From Octopus sinensis (lineage: Eukaryota), in assembly GCF_006345805.1 (NCBI RefSeq), contig NC_043005.1, forward strand, positions 53,506,001 to 53,570,000: a DNA stretch of 64,000 nt. Reading direction: 5' to 3'. Under the pieces are notes generated by a model. That model had not been told where the DNA came from. It did not search any database and was given only the letters and a program-made list of their open reading frames with translations. Shown piece after piece: positions 13,611 to 26,627 of the stretch. The first letter of the stretch is position 1. Every line of letters begins with the position of its first letter. The translations under genes and the position numbers were made by a program.

Positions 13611-13814
13611 TAGGTACAGGGCTTGGAATTTTTTTAGCTGGCGTATAGTCGATTACATCTACCCCCGTGTTCAACTGATACTTATTTTAATCGACCTCGA
13701 AACAATAAAAGGAATAGTCAACCTCGGCGACATGTTATTTCAGAACGTAAAGACAGTTGAAATGCCGCTAAGCATTTTATCCAACCTTCTAACAAATCTG
13801 CTGGTTTGCCTTCT

Positions 13815-13815
<1 letters not shown>
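13611..13815 (-). mobile_element. SINE family A
   Basis: gatacttattttaatcgacctcgaaac...gtcaacctcggcg...aatgccgctaagcatttt. Confidence 0.8.
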
Positions 13816-13879
<64 letters not shown>

Positions 13880-14090
13880 TCTGATATAGGCCAAGGTTAC
13901 ACATAACACTCTGATTCAATAATGGAGCCATTCTGAAAATAGGGAACAAAGTAATAGACAATAGCAAAATCTATTAACCAGGACAACAGAAAATATCTTT
14001 AAGCTTTGATTAAAAACCAATCGACTCTGGGAAATAGTAGAACTGGGTTCTCATGGAAATTTACAGACAAACAAACTCTAATATTCGTTT

Positions 14091-14301
14091 CACATTTTGG
14101 CATAAGGCCAGTAATTTTGAGGGGCAGTAAGTCAATTACATCGACCTCAGTGTTCAGCTGGTACTTATTTTATCGACCCCGAAAAGCTTAAAGTAAAATT
14201 TTAATTCCTCGGCGGAATCCTAATTCGGAACGTATGGACGGACAAATTGCCGCTAAGTATTTTATCCGGCGTTCTAACGATTCCGCCAGCTCGTTGCCTT
14301 A
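14091..14301 (-). mobile_element. SINE family A
   Basis: ggtacttattttatcgaccccgaaa...ctaacgattccgccagctcg. Confidence 0.85.
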
Positions 14302-14559
14302 TTACAGACACTAACGTTAACGAACTATTTAAGGAATACAATTTACTCAATAACCATGGTAGTATAATGGGAAACTGAATTTTATCCTGATAAACCTTGC
14401 TCAGTAAAATAGACCGGGTAGGTTTCTCGTCAGATAAAAAACCACAACTAGAATCACGTATTAAAAAAAAAACTGAATAAAAAAAGAGAAGACATCTAAA
14501 AAGGGTTCCTGAAAATGAGTGAAATATTGAAACATCTAGCCTTTGCAAAGATGCGTCGG

Positions 14560-15420
14560 GAAGAACACTAAAATGAAGACATCTTTAAACAGAATTCTTT
14601 TGAAATAAATACTGAATCATTCTTCAATGACACAAAGAAGAGAAACATAACATTGGGTGATAACAGAAATAATTACAGTCATATTGGAAGAACATATAGA
14701 ATAAAAATGTGCATCAAAATAATGAGTTACAATGGATAATAAAATAGAATACATATAAACATACAATAGCATTAATAGGAATAGTTGTGAATTTGCCAAT
14801 AGTATCGAAATCATTAGCTATGAGAACACTACTATCTCATCTTGGATTCAGCTGAGATATCAACACGACTATGGGATTAGGAAATTGTGTCAAAGCTACT
14901 TTAAAGAATAAGCAAAAATTATGAAGAATCAAATCAATAGCCAGACGCTGAAATCAGAAAATTAGAATAGAACCATCCATATAAGTACTTTCGATTAGAT
15001 AATACCGATACGGTACAACACACAAAAGTAAATGAAAAAGAAAATTAGAAGAGAAATACTACAGAATTATCAGACGAATATGAAAAATCAAACCCAATGC
15101 CAGAAATAAGATTATAGATACAGATACACTAACCATACATCTTCGATATCATAAATTGGTAGTTAAGTGAGCTGAAGAGTCTATATAGAGAAATCGGAAA
15201 ACTACATTCCCATTCTTAACCTAGAAATCATGTAACTGATATATAGATAAGATATACGTGCCACGTGAAAATGAGACAGAAGACGAAAATAAAAGAAGTT
15301 CTGCAGTTTATCAACAGGAGTGCAGAAGATATTAAGAGTAGGTGCAGATTAATTTCTGTGAGGCAACGTAAAAGAATAAAAAACAATTTTTTTTTCTCTT
15401 GGTACATAAGGAAACCGTAG
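14560..15420 (+). pseudogene. Heavily degraded R4/Dong RT C-terminal region
   Basis: Broken frames give MGLGNCVKATLK, HPYKY, KIRREYYRI, NARNKI and DIDKIYVPR-like motifs matching the order seen in the better Dong copies. Confidence 0.55.
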
Positions 15421-15704
15421 GTACAAAGTAGACGTTAGGTTCACTAAGGAAAATGTTTGGTTGAAAACAAAATAACAGATATGGTAAAGAAAAAAGAAAA
15501 CAAATTCTTAGCAGAGCCTGTAAAGGAATTAGAGAATAAAATATAAAAGTTGCAGTCCGTCTAACGCTCAGTATTCAGTAAGCTAGACTCGCATAAAATA
15601 AATCTTTATGAAATAATTCATTGCTCTAGCATAAAGGTCTTTTGAGACACGACCTGAGCTTAACGGCATTTGATCAATGGTTTCTGATTAAGGGAAATGT
15701 CAGT

Positions 15705-15965
15705 GTGAAGGTGTGTGGCCTGGTGGTTGGTGTGTTAAACTTACGGTCGCAAGATATTAGCTCCGATCCCGAACCGGAAAGTGTGTTGTGTTCTTATGAA
15801 AAACACTTCATTTCCCGTTGCTCCATTCCAGTCAGGCGTAAATGAGTAACGTTGCGACAGACTGGTGTCCCTGTGAAGGATGAATGTCGTGACCTCTGTC
15901 TCTTATACGTCAATGTAAACCGAGTAAACGGCCTGATGAGCCCCAAAATTCGAGACAGGACTTGA
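15705..15965 (+). mobile_element. Degraded tRNA-headed SINE with V-domain-like tail
   Basis: gtgtggcctggtggttggtgtg head...gcgacagactggtgtccctgt...aaaccgagtaaacggcctgatgagcc. Confidence 0.65.
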
Positions 15966-16850
15966 TGACAATGTTGATAATCAACGTCGAGTAAAAACCT
16001 TGTAATATTTGATCAATAAATAAATGAAAAAATGGTTCGTCCATGTCTATTTTCATCCTTTTCATCACTTATCGTACACCATCATATTTTTTGATGGAAT
16101 TAATTTGTCTTTCGTTGTGAGCCAAACTATTTTTCTTCTCAGTTTTTTTCTCCCCGTCTCTGTCTCTATCTCTCACTCATTCTCTCTCGCTCTCACTAAC
16201 TCCCATTAATTTGCTACCCTTCCTCTCGTTGTCTTGTTCTATATTGCTCTCTTCTTTTTAGCACAAACTCTCTCTTGCTCTCTACGGTCTCTCTCTCACT
16301 CACTCCCTTTCATGTTACGCGCTCCTGCTGATATCCAACACTCCTTTCTGTGGCCTTTTTGTCTCACGAAAGTCGCAATATTTCTCTCAGCTCAGGTTAT
16401 ACCTAAACGAAAGAATCTTTACATATTACGTCTAAGGGACTATTTTCCAACCTTGTCTCTGTCGTAACTCGGAAGGCACTTTCTCTCTCAATAATCTGAT
16501 CTGTTCTTATTTCCATATCAATCTTTTTTCTCTGGCTTTTTTGTTTTTAGATCTAAAGTATTTATTTTAAAGTCCAGTATGATTTCTTTCGTCAGACTTG
16601 TTTCTCGCTTTGTTTTCTTTGGATGTAGAAGCTTTTCAGACGAAGGATACCAACTTTTTCAAGCACCAAAATCTGATGTTGGCTGATGAAATACTTCCGT
16701 CAATGTCTGTGTATTTTTATTCAACATATTTATGCATTTTTTGTTCATTGTCATTACACAACTTCTGTCATTTTTTTTTCACTTCTAGAATACACAGTCA
16801 TAGTTTTCATCGTAACTTTCATGCTATATACATATACGTGTGTGTGTGCA

Positions 16851-16906
<56 letters not shown>

Positions 16907-16943
16907 CGCGCACACATATTATTTCAAAGTTTGATTCGGTTCC

Positions 16944-17042
16944 TAGCGACTTAAAGTTTCGCGGGCTTCTAACTGAAACCTGTGTCCTTCCGGCTTTGAT
17001 TACCAGATTTCTATTTGAAGCCCGCGAATCTTTAAGCCACTG
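16944..17042. mobile_element. ~100-bp miniature inverted-repeat element
   Basis: cttaaagtttcgcgggcttc (16950-16969) and gaagcccgcgaatctttaag (17017-17036): 19/20 inverted match. Confidence 0.65.
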
Positions 17043-17074
17043 TAGCGTTGAGTCAAACTTGTAATTCCAGTACG

Positions 17075-18400
17075 AATTACAGGATAAAATGGGAAATCCT
17101 GGCAGATGATGGGATCAGAAACAAATATATAAACACTACCGCATCTAAATTCAGAGACCTTGAACAAACAGAGTGAAACAGAGTAAAGATGGCTTTATTC
17201 AGCAGTTTCTTCTTCAGCGGTAAAATGCTGCTGACGAAAGAAGAGGCTCGATGTGACCCAAGTAACAAAAGAATCCCCTGGTTTTACCAGAATGTTAAAA
17301 ACACCATCCGAGCTATGAAGAAAGCTTACAGAGCTTGGTTTGGAATCAAGTCCCTACATTTGAGCAAACGGTACACTCAAGAGGGAAAAGTTACAGAAGA
17401 AACCGTAAAAACATCGAAGGCTTATCCATGGGCGGATATTGGGATTAAGCTGGATTCTCTGAATTTAGGTTAGCCAAAGTGTTCAGCTGACCATCCGCCA
17501 ACTTCATAACAAAAAGCTCTCTTCTACGCCTGCCATTAAAATTTCGGTTGGAGCATTCTTGGTAGGTGGTAGTCACGATAAAGACGTTCTGGTAAACACG
17601 AGGTGCCTCTGGAGAGGAAGATTAATCTCTATGTCATCGAGACGATTAAAGCGCTCAAATATGGCAAGATTACTGGAGGTGTTGAACTGCGGCTCGAGAT
17701 GTCGAAAGCCTTAATAAGAGAAGGTATTTTCAGGCTGAGCTATATATAACAGATGGCTTGAATTTCTGGAAACATCAAAGCAATGACAATTAGAGATGAT
17801 AATCTGAAATTTTAAGAAGGGAGAGGCGCTAATTATACAGGAGTCTCCTTGTTGAGCCTTCCCAGTAAAGATTACGCTAAATGCCTGACAAAGAGATGTA
17901 GGGAAAGTTTGAATTCACAGTTGCTGGAGAGCAATGAGGCTTCCGATCCGGACGTAACACAACCGACCAGATATTCACTCTACGGAAAGTCTTACAGGAA
18001 CTGATGGAATGTTGCCAAGATGTGTACACTGGCTTTGTAGGCCTCGAAAAGGTATATGACCGCGTGCTGCGGCTATAGAGGGGTGTTGCAAGAGATTGGA
18101 ATTAATGGCCACTTTCTGGGTGAAGTCCCTATACGAATACTCTCATGTCTGACTTCGGGTAAATCGTGAAACCCTTTATACTGGGTGTTGGGCTTCAGCG
18201 GGAGTTTATTTGTCCCCTCTCTTATTCATACTTTTTTATGAACTGAATTGACACAGTACAGCCGTTGTAGAAGCAGTATTACAATCGATGGGTGTAGGAA
18301 CGGTCGGCAAATATTTTCAGACGACACAGTGCTACTTTACTCATCAGAAGATGATCTTCAGCCTTCACTGAAAGGGTTCGATGTCGAGTGCTGTAAGGTT
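17075..18400 (+). pseudogene. RTE-clade LINE reverse transcriptase fragment, degraded
   Basis: Frameshifted motifs NYTGVSLLSLPSK, GFRSGRNTTDQIFTLR, FVGLEKVYDRV, GVGLQ...LSPLLFI, FSDDTVLL in RTE order. Confidence 0.8.
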
Positions 18401-18540
18401 TACTGCGTTTATCGTATAAATACAGATAAATACATGCTTGTAAAAAGCGTAGAGTGATCATGGAATTTAATGTTAAAATGCTTTCTGTAGAACTTTACAA
18501 AACAAAAGCTTCAATATGTGTGTGTGCGTGTGTGTCCTTT

Positions 18541-18579
18541 AACTTTTATTTGTTTCAGTCATTAGACGCGGCCAAAGCC
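18541..18579 (-). mobile_element. SINE family B 3' tail fragment
   Basis: ttttatttgtttcagtcattagacgcggcc. Confidence 0.6.
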
Positions 18580-20521
18580 TGTGTGAATGTCTGCCACTCT
18601 GTGTGTAGGTATGCATGTATGATTAAGTCATCGATACTGCTTCACCTCCTTATTCAATAAAACAGGAAAGTATCATTCACAAATACATTATGGGGTAATA
18701 GAAATTCGTTTACAAACGGATTAGAAATAACTTCACAACACGATAAATTATTCTTTATAAGCTATGAACAACAGCGACGGAAGCAGTATTAGTAGCAAAA
18801 GCAAACCTTAAATCTAACTTAATGTGGATATCTTGTTAGAATGCCGAATGTTGTAGTATTAGATTTGACAGGCCCTCTCCTATAGGTAAATGGTGCAGAC
18901 AAAAACTGTCTGTTGTGGGCGCCGGAACTGCTAGATCATGTGATTTCAGTCTACTCAGCCTTCTCAGTGGCAGGTGTCCGATGACTGCATACCAGCTAAA
19001 TCTTGTAGCCACGATATGTAGAATTCCATTGTCTTTTCAGTTACTGATTTCGCAAATAGCCAGCAGGCTTATTAAAAATAGTTATTAGCAACAGAAACAA
19101 TATTAATACCTAAGCACAATCTTTATATTCAACTTAATATGGATGTCATGTTAAATCTCCGAATAATGCAGCATTAGCATTCAGTGATTCTAAACTATTT
19201 CAATCCTTCAAAGACAAAGTTTATCGAAAAACCAGAAAAGCAAAAAGGATCAGTTTTAAAATCCATATAGGGTAGATGGAAAGAGTATTGACAAATGAAT
19301 AGAACATGGCGATATAAAAATGCAGAAAATGCATCGTATTTACGCAGAAATATGACAAAGAATGACAACTAGTTACAACGAAAAGAATACTAATTATGGT
19401 TGCATAAAAAAAAACTACATTTGCTTCAAATTTTCTCCAGAAAATTTTCGTAAATGAAGTTACGCAAGTTTGTTACTAAATACTTCGTGATTAGCAAACC
19501 ACGTTATATTTCCATTATAGTTCCATCAAAAACCTATTTGTCTGCGTATATTCTATTAGAGTTGCCAGACAACGTTATTAATTTTAAATTAACTGTAACT
19601 ATGTACTCTGACCTTTTTTGTGACTCAATATTAAACCAGTTTGTTTCTTTAACATTGTTTTTAAGCTTTCTGTAGACACCATAATTGCTTCCTCCTGTAA
19701 TTTTTCGAGATTATAATGTCTATGAGAATGTCTACGGAAGAGCAATTTGTAAAATTTTGTAAATATCAATATTCATTCCTCATCAACATAATCATGTTTG
19801 GTTTAACATTAAATTTTTCTAATACAATATATATGCATTTCCGTGCGCACGCACACACACACACACACACACACATTGATATATATATATATATATATCT
19901 GCATGAATATACACACAGACACACAAGCACACACATATATCCATAGAAGCTAGTGTATTATGTTTTCGTATGTATGTTTGTATGTATGTATATGTATTTA
20001 TGCATATATGTATGTATAGATATATATATATATATATGAATATGCATACATATATGCACTTGTATATGTGAGTGCATGTTATTATATATATATGTTGTAT
20101 ATTAAGACGATTGACCGTGGATTTGGATTATATTTAATACTATTTTGTTGAGTACATGTCCATTAAATTTTTACAAAGAAAGGGGTGAAAGTGCATTCGA
20201 GTTTTCGGACAGTCAGTCCACGTTAGTGGCATCTTATATATATATCGCAAATAAGAAAATGGAGGATAACAATAGGTGATTCATCAACTTTTGGACATTA
20301 AAATGTTAACTTACATAAATATGTATATATACAAAGAGGAGAAGAAGAAGAAGAAGAGAGAGAGAGAAATATATATAAATATGTGGGTGTATTTATATGT
20401 GTATGTATGTCATTATTCAGTTTATTTCAAGATTTCTTGCCAACAGAGAAAGAACCGGTTTCTAACCTAAATCCAAGGTTCGTTCATTGGGATTTCAACA
20501 TCAACGACAGGGTATTTTTGT

Positions 20522-20532
20522 TTGTATGTATG

Positions 20533-20566
<34 letters not shown>

Positions 20567-20600
20567 TGTATGTATGTATGTATGTATGTATGTATGCATG
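20522..20600. repeat. (TATG)n microsatellite
   Basis: Direct reading. Confidence 0.95.
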
Positions 20601-20721
20601 TATATATGTATATATATATATGTATGTATGTATGCATGTGCAGAATTGTATATTTTATGTATGTATGCATGTGCACAATTGTACATTTTATGTATGTATT
20701 CTCATGCATATAGTCACATGT

Positions 20722-20862
20722 TGTCAGCTGAGCATGCTATATATATGATCCAGCATAATTTGTTTTCTTTCTCAATTAAGACTATGTCTGGCTTCCTATT
20801 CTCTATTTCATGGTCGCACTGAATCATAAAATCCCATAGGATTTTTGCATTACCATTTTCAT
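20722..20862 (-). pseudogene. Small R4/Dong RLE-domain fragment
   Basis: ENGNAKILWDFMIQCDHEIENRKPDIVLIEKENKLCWIIYIAC; closely matches 25100-25230. Confidence 0.85.
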
Positions 20863-21077
20863 GTATGTATATATGTATGTATGCATGTGCAGAATTGTAT
20901 ATTTTATGCATATATTCTCATGCATATAGTTACATGTATAGACATGCTCATACATATTTAAATGGTAAACTTCTGGAAAGTTTTACAGATTTTTACAGCT
21001 CCAGTAATGGATTGGATCTGTAATCTTCAAATTAGCTTTCTCCATTCTGGTTTTGAGAAGCCTATTTAAGTAGTGTG

Positions 21078-21200
21078 TTATGTATGTATGTATGTATGTA
21101 TGTATGTATGTATGTATGTATGTATGTATGTATGTATGTATGTATGTATGTATGCATGTATGTATCTATGTATGAATGTATGTATGTATCTATGTATGCA
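21078..21200. repeat. (TATG)n microsatellite
   Basis: Direct reading. Confidence 0.95.
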
Positions 21201-21530
21201 GTCTGGTGTAGGCTAGCATTACAAATATATGTACCTTGCGAGTAAATATGGGTACACGGAAACTGCATAGAAGCTATGCATGTCTTGGAGATGCTATGTT
21301 ATGAAATCCAATGTCTTTGAGATACTATGCTCATGCCAGTTGCATGAGCCTGAGATTTCAATACATCGAACAACTAAATACTGGAAGTAGAAAATTCTGG
21401 CGAAGATCAATTTATGTATGCACATATATACACAAGCACACAAACACATGTATATGCAGGTGTTGTAGTGATTAATAAAAAGCTGCCTAACCGTTCTTAC
21501 TCTTCCTTTTGACTTTTTTGCTTTTTACTT

Positions 21531-21561
<31 letters not shown>

Positions 21562-21563
<2 letters not shown>

Positions 21564-21814
21564 GTGTCGGTGGCACATAAAAAACACCATCCGAGCGTGG
21601 CCGTTTGCCAGCCTCGTCTGGCACCTGTGTCGGTGGCACATAAAATCACCCACTACACTCTCGGAGTGGTTGGCGTTAGGAAGGGCATCCAGCTGTAGAA
21701 ACACTGCCAGATCTGACTGGACTGGTGCAGCTTTCGGGCTCCCCAGACCCCAGTTGAACCGTCCAACCCATGCTAGCATGGAAAGCGGACGTTAAATGAT
21801 GATGATGATGATGA
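21562..21814 (+). mobile_element. SINE/LINE 3' end (family D) with (GAT)n tail
   Basis: ggcgttaggaagggcatccagctgtagaaac...gtccaacccatgctagcatggaaagcggacgttaaat(gat)n; internal direct repeat tgtcggtggcacataaaa twice. Confidence 0.8.
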
Positions 21815-21959
21815 TATATATATATATATATATATTGTGCATGTATGTATATATAAATTGCTTTCAACATACATTAACAACATATATACAATATACACAC
21901 ATAAACGCACACACATAAGTGTACCAATACACCTATGTATACATACTCTAACACGAACT

Positions 21960-22027
<68 letters not shown>

Positions 22028-22827
22028 TATGCATGTATTTATGCATATTTTAGTGACGTTACCGTGTTTTGCATGAAAGAAAGAATGGCATGCAATGGCA
22101 TGCCTAAATTATAGGAATGAGTGCAAGCAACGAAATCAGATTACAATATAAATCTTTTATTCTTATGAGAGACAGCAAGGGCAAGAGAGTAAATACATGC
22201 TATGTATATATCGTACTTCAATTATAGGGCTTTATATTTTCTCATTGCATGCACTAGGTACATATTAGGTGTTCCTCCGATATATGTACATACACATATA
22301 TAGTTTTAAATCTCTCTCTCTATATATATATATGTATACACAGATAGTCAAACACACATACATATAACAGCATGTGTAATTCTTCCTTCTTTCCATCGTA
22401 GTGCAAAGATTCTCGTATTCACACGCCTGATGTATGTGTTTGTGTTTACTATCCGTTATAGGATATTCTGCATGTGAAAAATAGTAGGAATTCTTATGAT
22501 TGTACTTGCATTTGTTAGATCGATTTTCATTAGTTAATGGTAGTCCCACTTCTACACAACAATATTATTATTGTCTTTACACGGTTCTTTCTTCGACTCT
22601 TCCTGGTTTTTCGTGCGCAGTCGTCTGTATCTTACAACTACAATAAACTGTTGCCAGCATAGCAATGAACAATATTGTTTCAGGCGTCGAAATTCTAATG
22701 ATTACAATTCATAATATATGAAGAGATCGAATATATGCATGTCAGATTGAGCCGTATTCTCCCTTTCTATTTATCTCTCTCACTTTCTCTCTCTTATCAT
22801 CCTCCTCATCATCATCATTATTATTAT

Positions 22828-23107
22828 TGAGTCGGAGAGCAGTGCTTGCCATCAAAGTGACACTGGTGTAGAATATACGAAGCCCAGTATACCCATCATG
22901 ACTACCCTTCTGATAAGGGTACACCAGGCACATGCATCACAACCATAAGTGCGCGACATGGTGATCTCGTATCAAGATAAACAGCACATGACCTTGCAGG
23001 TGGGGCCCAGTTAGAATTTTCTTCTGGTCGAGTACCCCATCCCGCTCAAAAGGTCTCTGAATAAGGGTTGTTTAAGGATGTTGAACGATACCCCCATGTT
23101 TCCAGAG

Positions 23108-23109
<2 letters not shown>
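22828..23109 (-). mobile_element. Family C non-tRNA element, partial copy
   Basis: Matches 61283-61570; flanked by (ATT)n on both sides; strand inferred from Dong polarity. Confidence 0.85.
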
Positions 23110-23151
<42 letters not shown>

Positions 23152-23164
23152 CATTATTATTATT

Positions 23165-23285
23165 AACGCGGCGAGCTAGCAGGGTCGTTAGCACACCGGG
23201 CAGGATGCTTAGCGGCATTTCGTCCGTTTGCACGATCTGAGTTCAAATTCCGATTTCATCACTTCCTCCAAATTTGAGGCCTAAT
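23165..23285 (+). mobile_element. SINE family A, internally deleted
   Basis: gcggcgagctagcagggtcgttagcac...gagttcaaattccg. Confidence 0.8.
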
Positions 23286-23324
23286 GTTTCCAGTATAATG
23301 GATTATTATTATTATCATTATTAA

Positions 23325-23485
23325 GGGTGTCTGTCTTTACGTTCTGAGTTCAAATACCATCGAGGTCGATTTTGCCTTTCAACTTTTTGGGGGTCCATAA
23401 ATTATGTACCAGTTGCGTACTGGGCTCGATCTAATCAACTGGCCCCCTTCCCCCAAATCTCAGGCCTTGTGCCTAGAGTAGAAAA
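23325..23485 (+). mobile_element. SINE family A 3' part, tail type 2
   Basis: gttctgagttcaaatacc...ccccaaatctcaggccttgtgcctagagtagaaa. Confidence 0.8.
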
Positions 23486-23580
23486 TAATATGAAGAGATA
23501 GAATATATGCATGTCCGTTTGTGCTGTATTCTACCGTCCTATTGCTCTCCATCTCTGTCTTTCTTTCCCTATCTATCTTA

Positions 23581-23973
<393 letters not shown>

Positions 23974-23974
23974 C

Positions 23975-24297
23975 TACGAGTATTCTAATACTCACAGAGT
24001 CAACGTACGAACATCTAGAAAAAATGGAGTCCTGTCATATGAGTAAAAGCGTTGCTAGCGTAAGTGCAGAGAGACCAAATATCAACTCCTGATAGATAAA
24101 ACTGTACTCAAACTGAAAGTAACATAGCGATATCATGGATCGACTTTCGTAAGGCGTAGAACATGAACCCTAATTCTTGGATTATGGAATGTATGAACCT
24201 CTTTGGTATTGCATCCAATGTTGAGCGATTTCTTGGAAAAAGTATGGCGTATTGGAGGACGGACCTGACAGCATACGGAAGAAGTTTAGGGAGTTTC
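23975..24297 (+). pseudogene. R4/Dong RT fragment
   Basis: KCRETKYQLLIDK...WIDFRKA...[33 protein letters not shown]; homologous to 45700-45960. Confidence 0.85.
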
Positions 24298-24755
24298 TGC
24301 ATCACAACAAAATGGCCACGACATGGTGATTTCATATCAAGATAGACAGCGCATGACCTCGCTGGTGAGGTTGAGTTACAATTTTCTTCTGGCCGAGTAC
24401 CCCATCCCGCTCACAAGTTCCCTGGATAAGGGTTGTTTAAGGATGTTGAATAAAACATCCATGTTTCTAGAGGTGAATTATCCATGCCCCGAAGAATTCC
24501 TTTCAATATATGACTATGATGACCCACCCCCCAATCTACTACTTCTGTTCGTGGTCAGAGATGCACATATCATCAGCCACTAGAGGACATGTTCAACCGG
24601 TTAAAGTCAAACAAGTGACAAGCAAATCTGTGGTAGTGAGCAGAATATTTGCAGCTGCCCATCTTTTATAACAAGACAAAAAACCTACATAACACTTCCA
24701 AACAGTTAAGACGAGAAGCCATGAAAGCCACTGCCTGTACTCCATCAGGGCATTT
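24298..24755 (-). mobile_element. Family C element, partial copy
   Basis: Matches about 61400-61813; ends catcagggcattt before an ATT-rich linker. Confidence 0.88.
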
Positions 24756-24780
24756 ACTGTTGTTATTACTATTATTTTCT

Positions 24781-25785
24781 TTGCACAGGTTCTAACACTG
24801 GAGATGTATTACGGTGTCAGCTGTTCACTACCAGTGAACTAATGTAACACCTCTTATTTTTCGAGCACCTTCCGGAGTATTCGAGCGGTTCCAAGCAGTG
24901 CTGTTTTCTGCAAGTGCTCCACTCTTATTGCAGCCCTATGTGTTCCATGAACTTCACAAGGTTTTTACTCACTGTTCCCAGGGCTCCGACAATTATTGGT
25001 ACAACTACCACCTTTTCAGCGACCACAACTGCTTAACTTCCCAAGCTAACCTGTCATATCTATCGACTTTCTTTCTTCCTTATCACATACCTTGTTGCCA
25101 GCTGGGCATGCTATGTCTATGATCCAGCATAGTTTGTTTTCTTTCTCAATTAAGAATATCACTGGCTTCCTATTCACTATTTCCTGGTCGCACTGAATCA
25201 TAAAATCCATATGATTTTTGCATTATCATCTTCGACGTTGACTTCGTGTTTATAGTCGTACCAATTTTTTGCTCTGTCAAGTCCATACTTGTTGCAAAGT
25301 GTCCAATGGACAAGCCTAGCTATATTGTCGTGGCGTCTCTTATATTCATTCTGGACTAGTGGCGTACATTGGCTGGTAATATACCACACGGCTTCACCAT
25401 CACTTTCTGATGTGTTGTCTGTTCTGTATTTTATGTAGTTTGTTCTTAATGCTTGCTCTTGGGCAGTACAGATTAGAACCTTCGTTTTCGGTTTCAAATC
25501 ACTTTTAGTCATCCACAGTAATCTTTTCTCTCTGTCTGTCTTATCTTCAACATCCCTATGAAATTGACCATGCATTCTTTTCTTTACCCACCTATTTTCG
25601 GTTTCATTCATTTTCAATTTCTTGTACTTTGCTTTATCTTTGCAATCTTTCATCTTACACAAATCTGACCTTACTTTTAAAAATAGCGGTTCTGTGGAAA
25701 TTTTTACATACCATGCTATGTTGTTTTGTTCTGCTCTAATGCTGTGTACGCATCCAATAAGTCCTCTTCCCCCTCTTTTGGTAAT
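24781..25785 (-). pseudogene. R4/Dong LINE 3' half (RT thumb, zinc knuckle, RLE, 3' UTR)
   Basis: ORF 25198-25842: RGGRGLIG...MHGQFHR...EQALRTNYIK...EYKRRHDNIARLVHW; downstream LLGTARILRKVLE. Confidence 0.9.
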
Positions 25786-25787
25786 GG

Positions 25788-25936
25788 TTAAACAACTGAC
25801 AGCAAATCTGTGGTATTGAGTAGAATATTTTCCGTAGCCCATCGTTTATACCTAGACAAAGCAATGTGCATGATAGCTCTTCCAGTCAGTTAAGATGAGA
25901 AACCACGAGAGCCACTTTGTGGTACTGTATCAGGGC

Positions 25937-25940
<4 letters not shown>
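25788..25940 (-). mobile_element. Family C terminal 150 bp fused to a Dong 3' half
   Basis: aacaactgacagcaaatctgtggtattgag...gtactgtatcagggcattt then (ATT)n. Confidence 0.85.
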
Positions 25941-25996
<56 letters not shown>

Positions 25997-26020
25997 GATG
26001 ATGATGATGATGATGATACA

Positions 26021-26224
26021 GCGATCTAGCGGAATCGTTAGCATGATGGGCGAAATGTTTAGCAGTATTTCGTCTGGTGTTATGTTCTGAATTCAAATTC
26101 TGCAGGGGTCGATTTTGCCTTCCATCCTTTCGAGGTCGATAAGTTAAGTACCAGTGAAATACTGGGGTCCATGTAATCTTATAAACCACTCCCACTAAAT
26201 TTCAGATCTTGTATCTAAAGTAGA

Positions 26225-26230
<6 letters not shown>
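26021..26230 (+). mobile_element. SINE family A, tail type 2
   Basis: gcggaatcgttagc...ccttccatcctttcgaggtcgataagttaagtaccag. Confidence 0.85.
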
Positions 26231-26282
<52 letters not shown>

Positions 26283-26305
26283 ATTATTATTATTATTATT
26301 ATTAT

Positions 26306-26360
<55 letters not shown>
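26229..26360. repeat. (TAT)n(TAG)n microsatellite
   Basis: Direct reading. Confidence 0.95.
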
Positions 26361-26361
<1 letters not shown>

Positions 26362-26627
26362 AAATTTTAAGATGGTGCCCCAGCACGACCGCAATTCAAG
26401 GATTGAAAGAATAAAAGAATAAGGTGATTCATTGAAATAAACGATGTGAACATTATGATAAATGATGAGCCAACTGCTGTTACTATCTAGATAACGGCCT
26501 CCAGGAATGATCAACAACTTAAATTCGATCCAATAACTTGATATAATCATACCAATATAATAGTATTTCTCTATATTTCGTTAAAAGATATTTTCTCCAT
26601 AAGTGAAATTTATGCTCAAGATCCACT
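26360..26627. repeat. Left arm of ~267-bp inverted duplication
   Basis: Reverse complement of 28293-28559. Confidence 0.9.

Noticed and set aside
15930-15960. CTGATGAG as a hammerhead core
   Set aside because: No stem II and GAGAC instead of GAAAC; it is part of a SINE tail.
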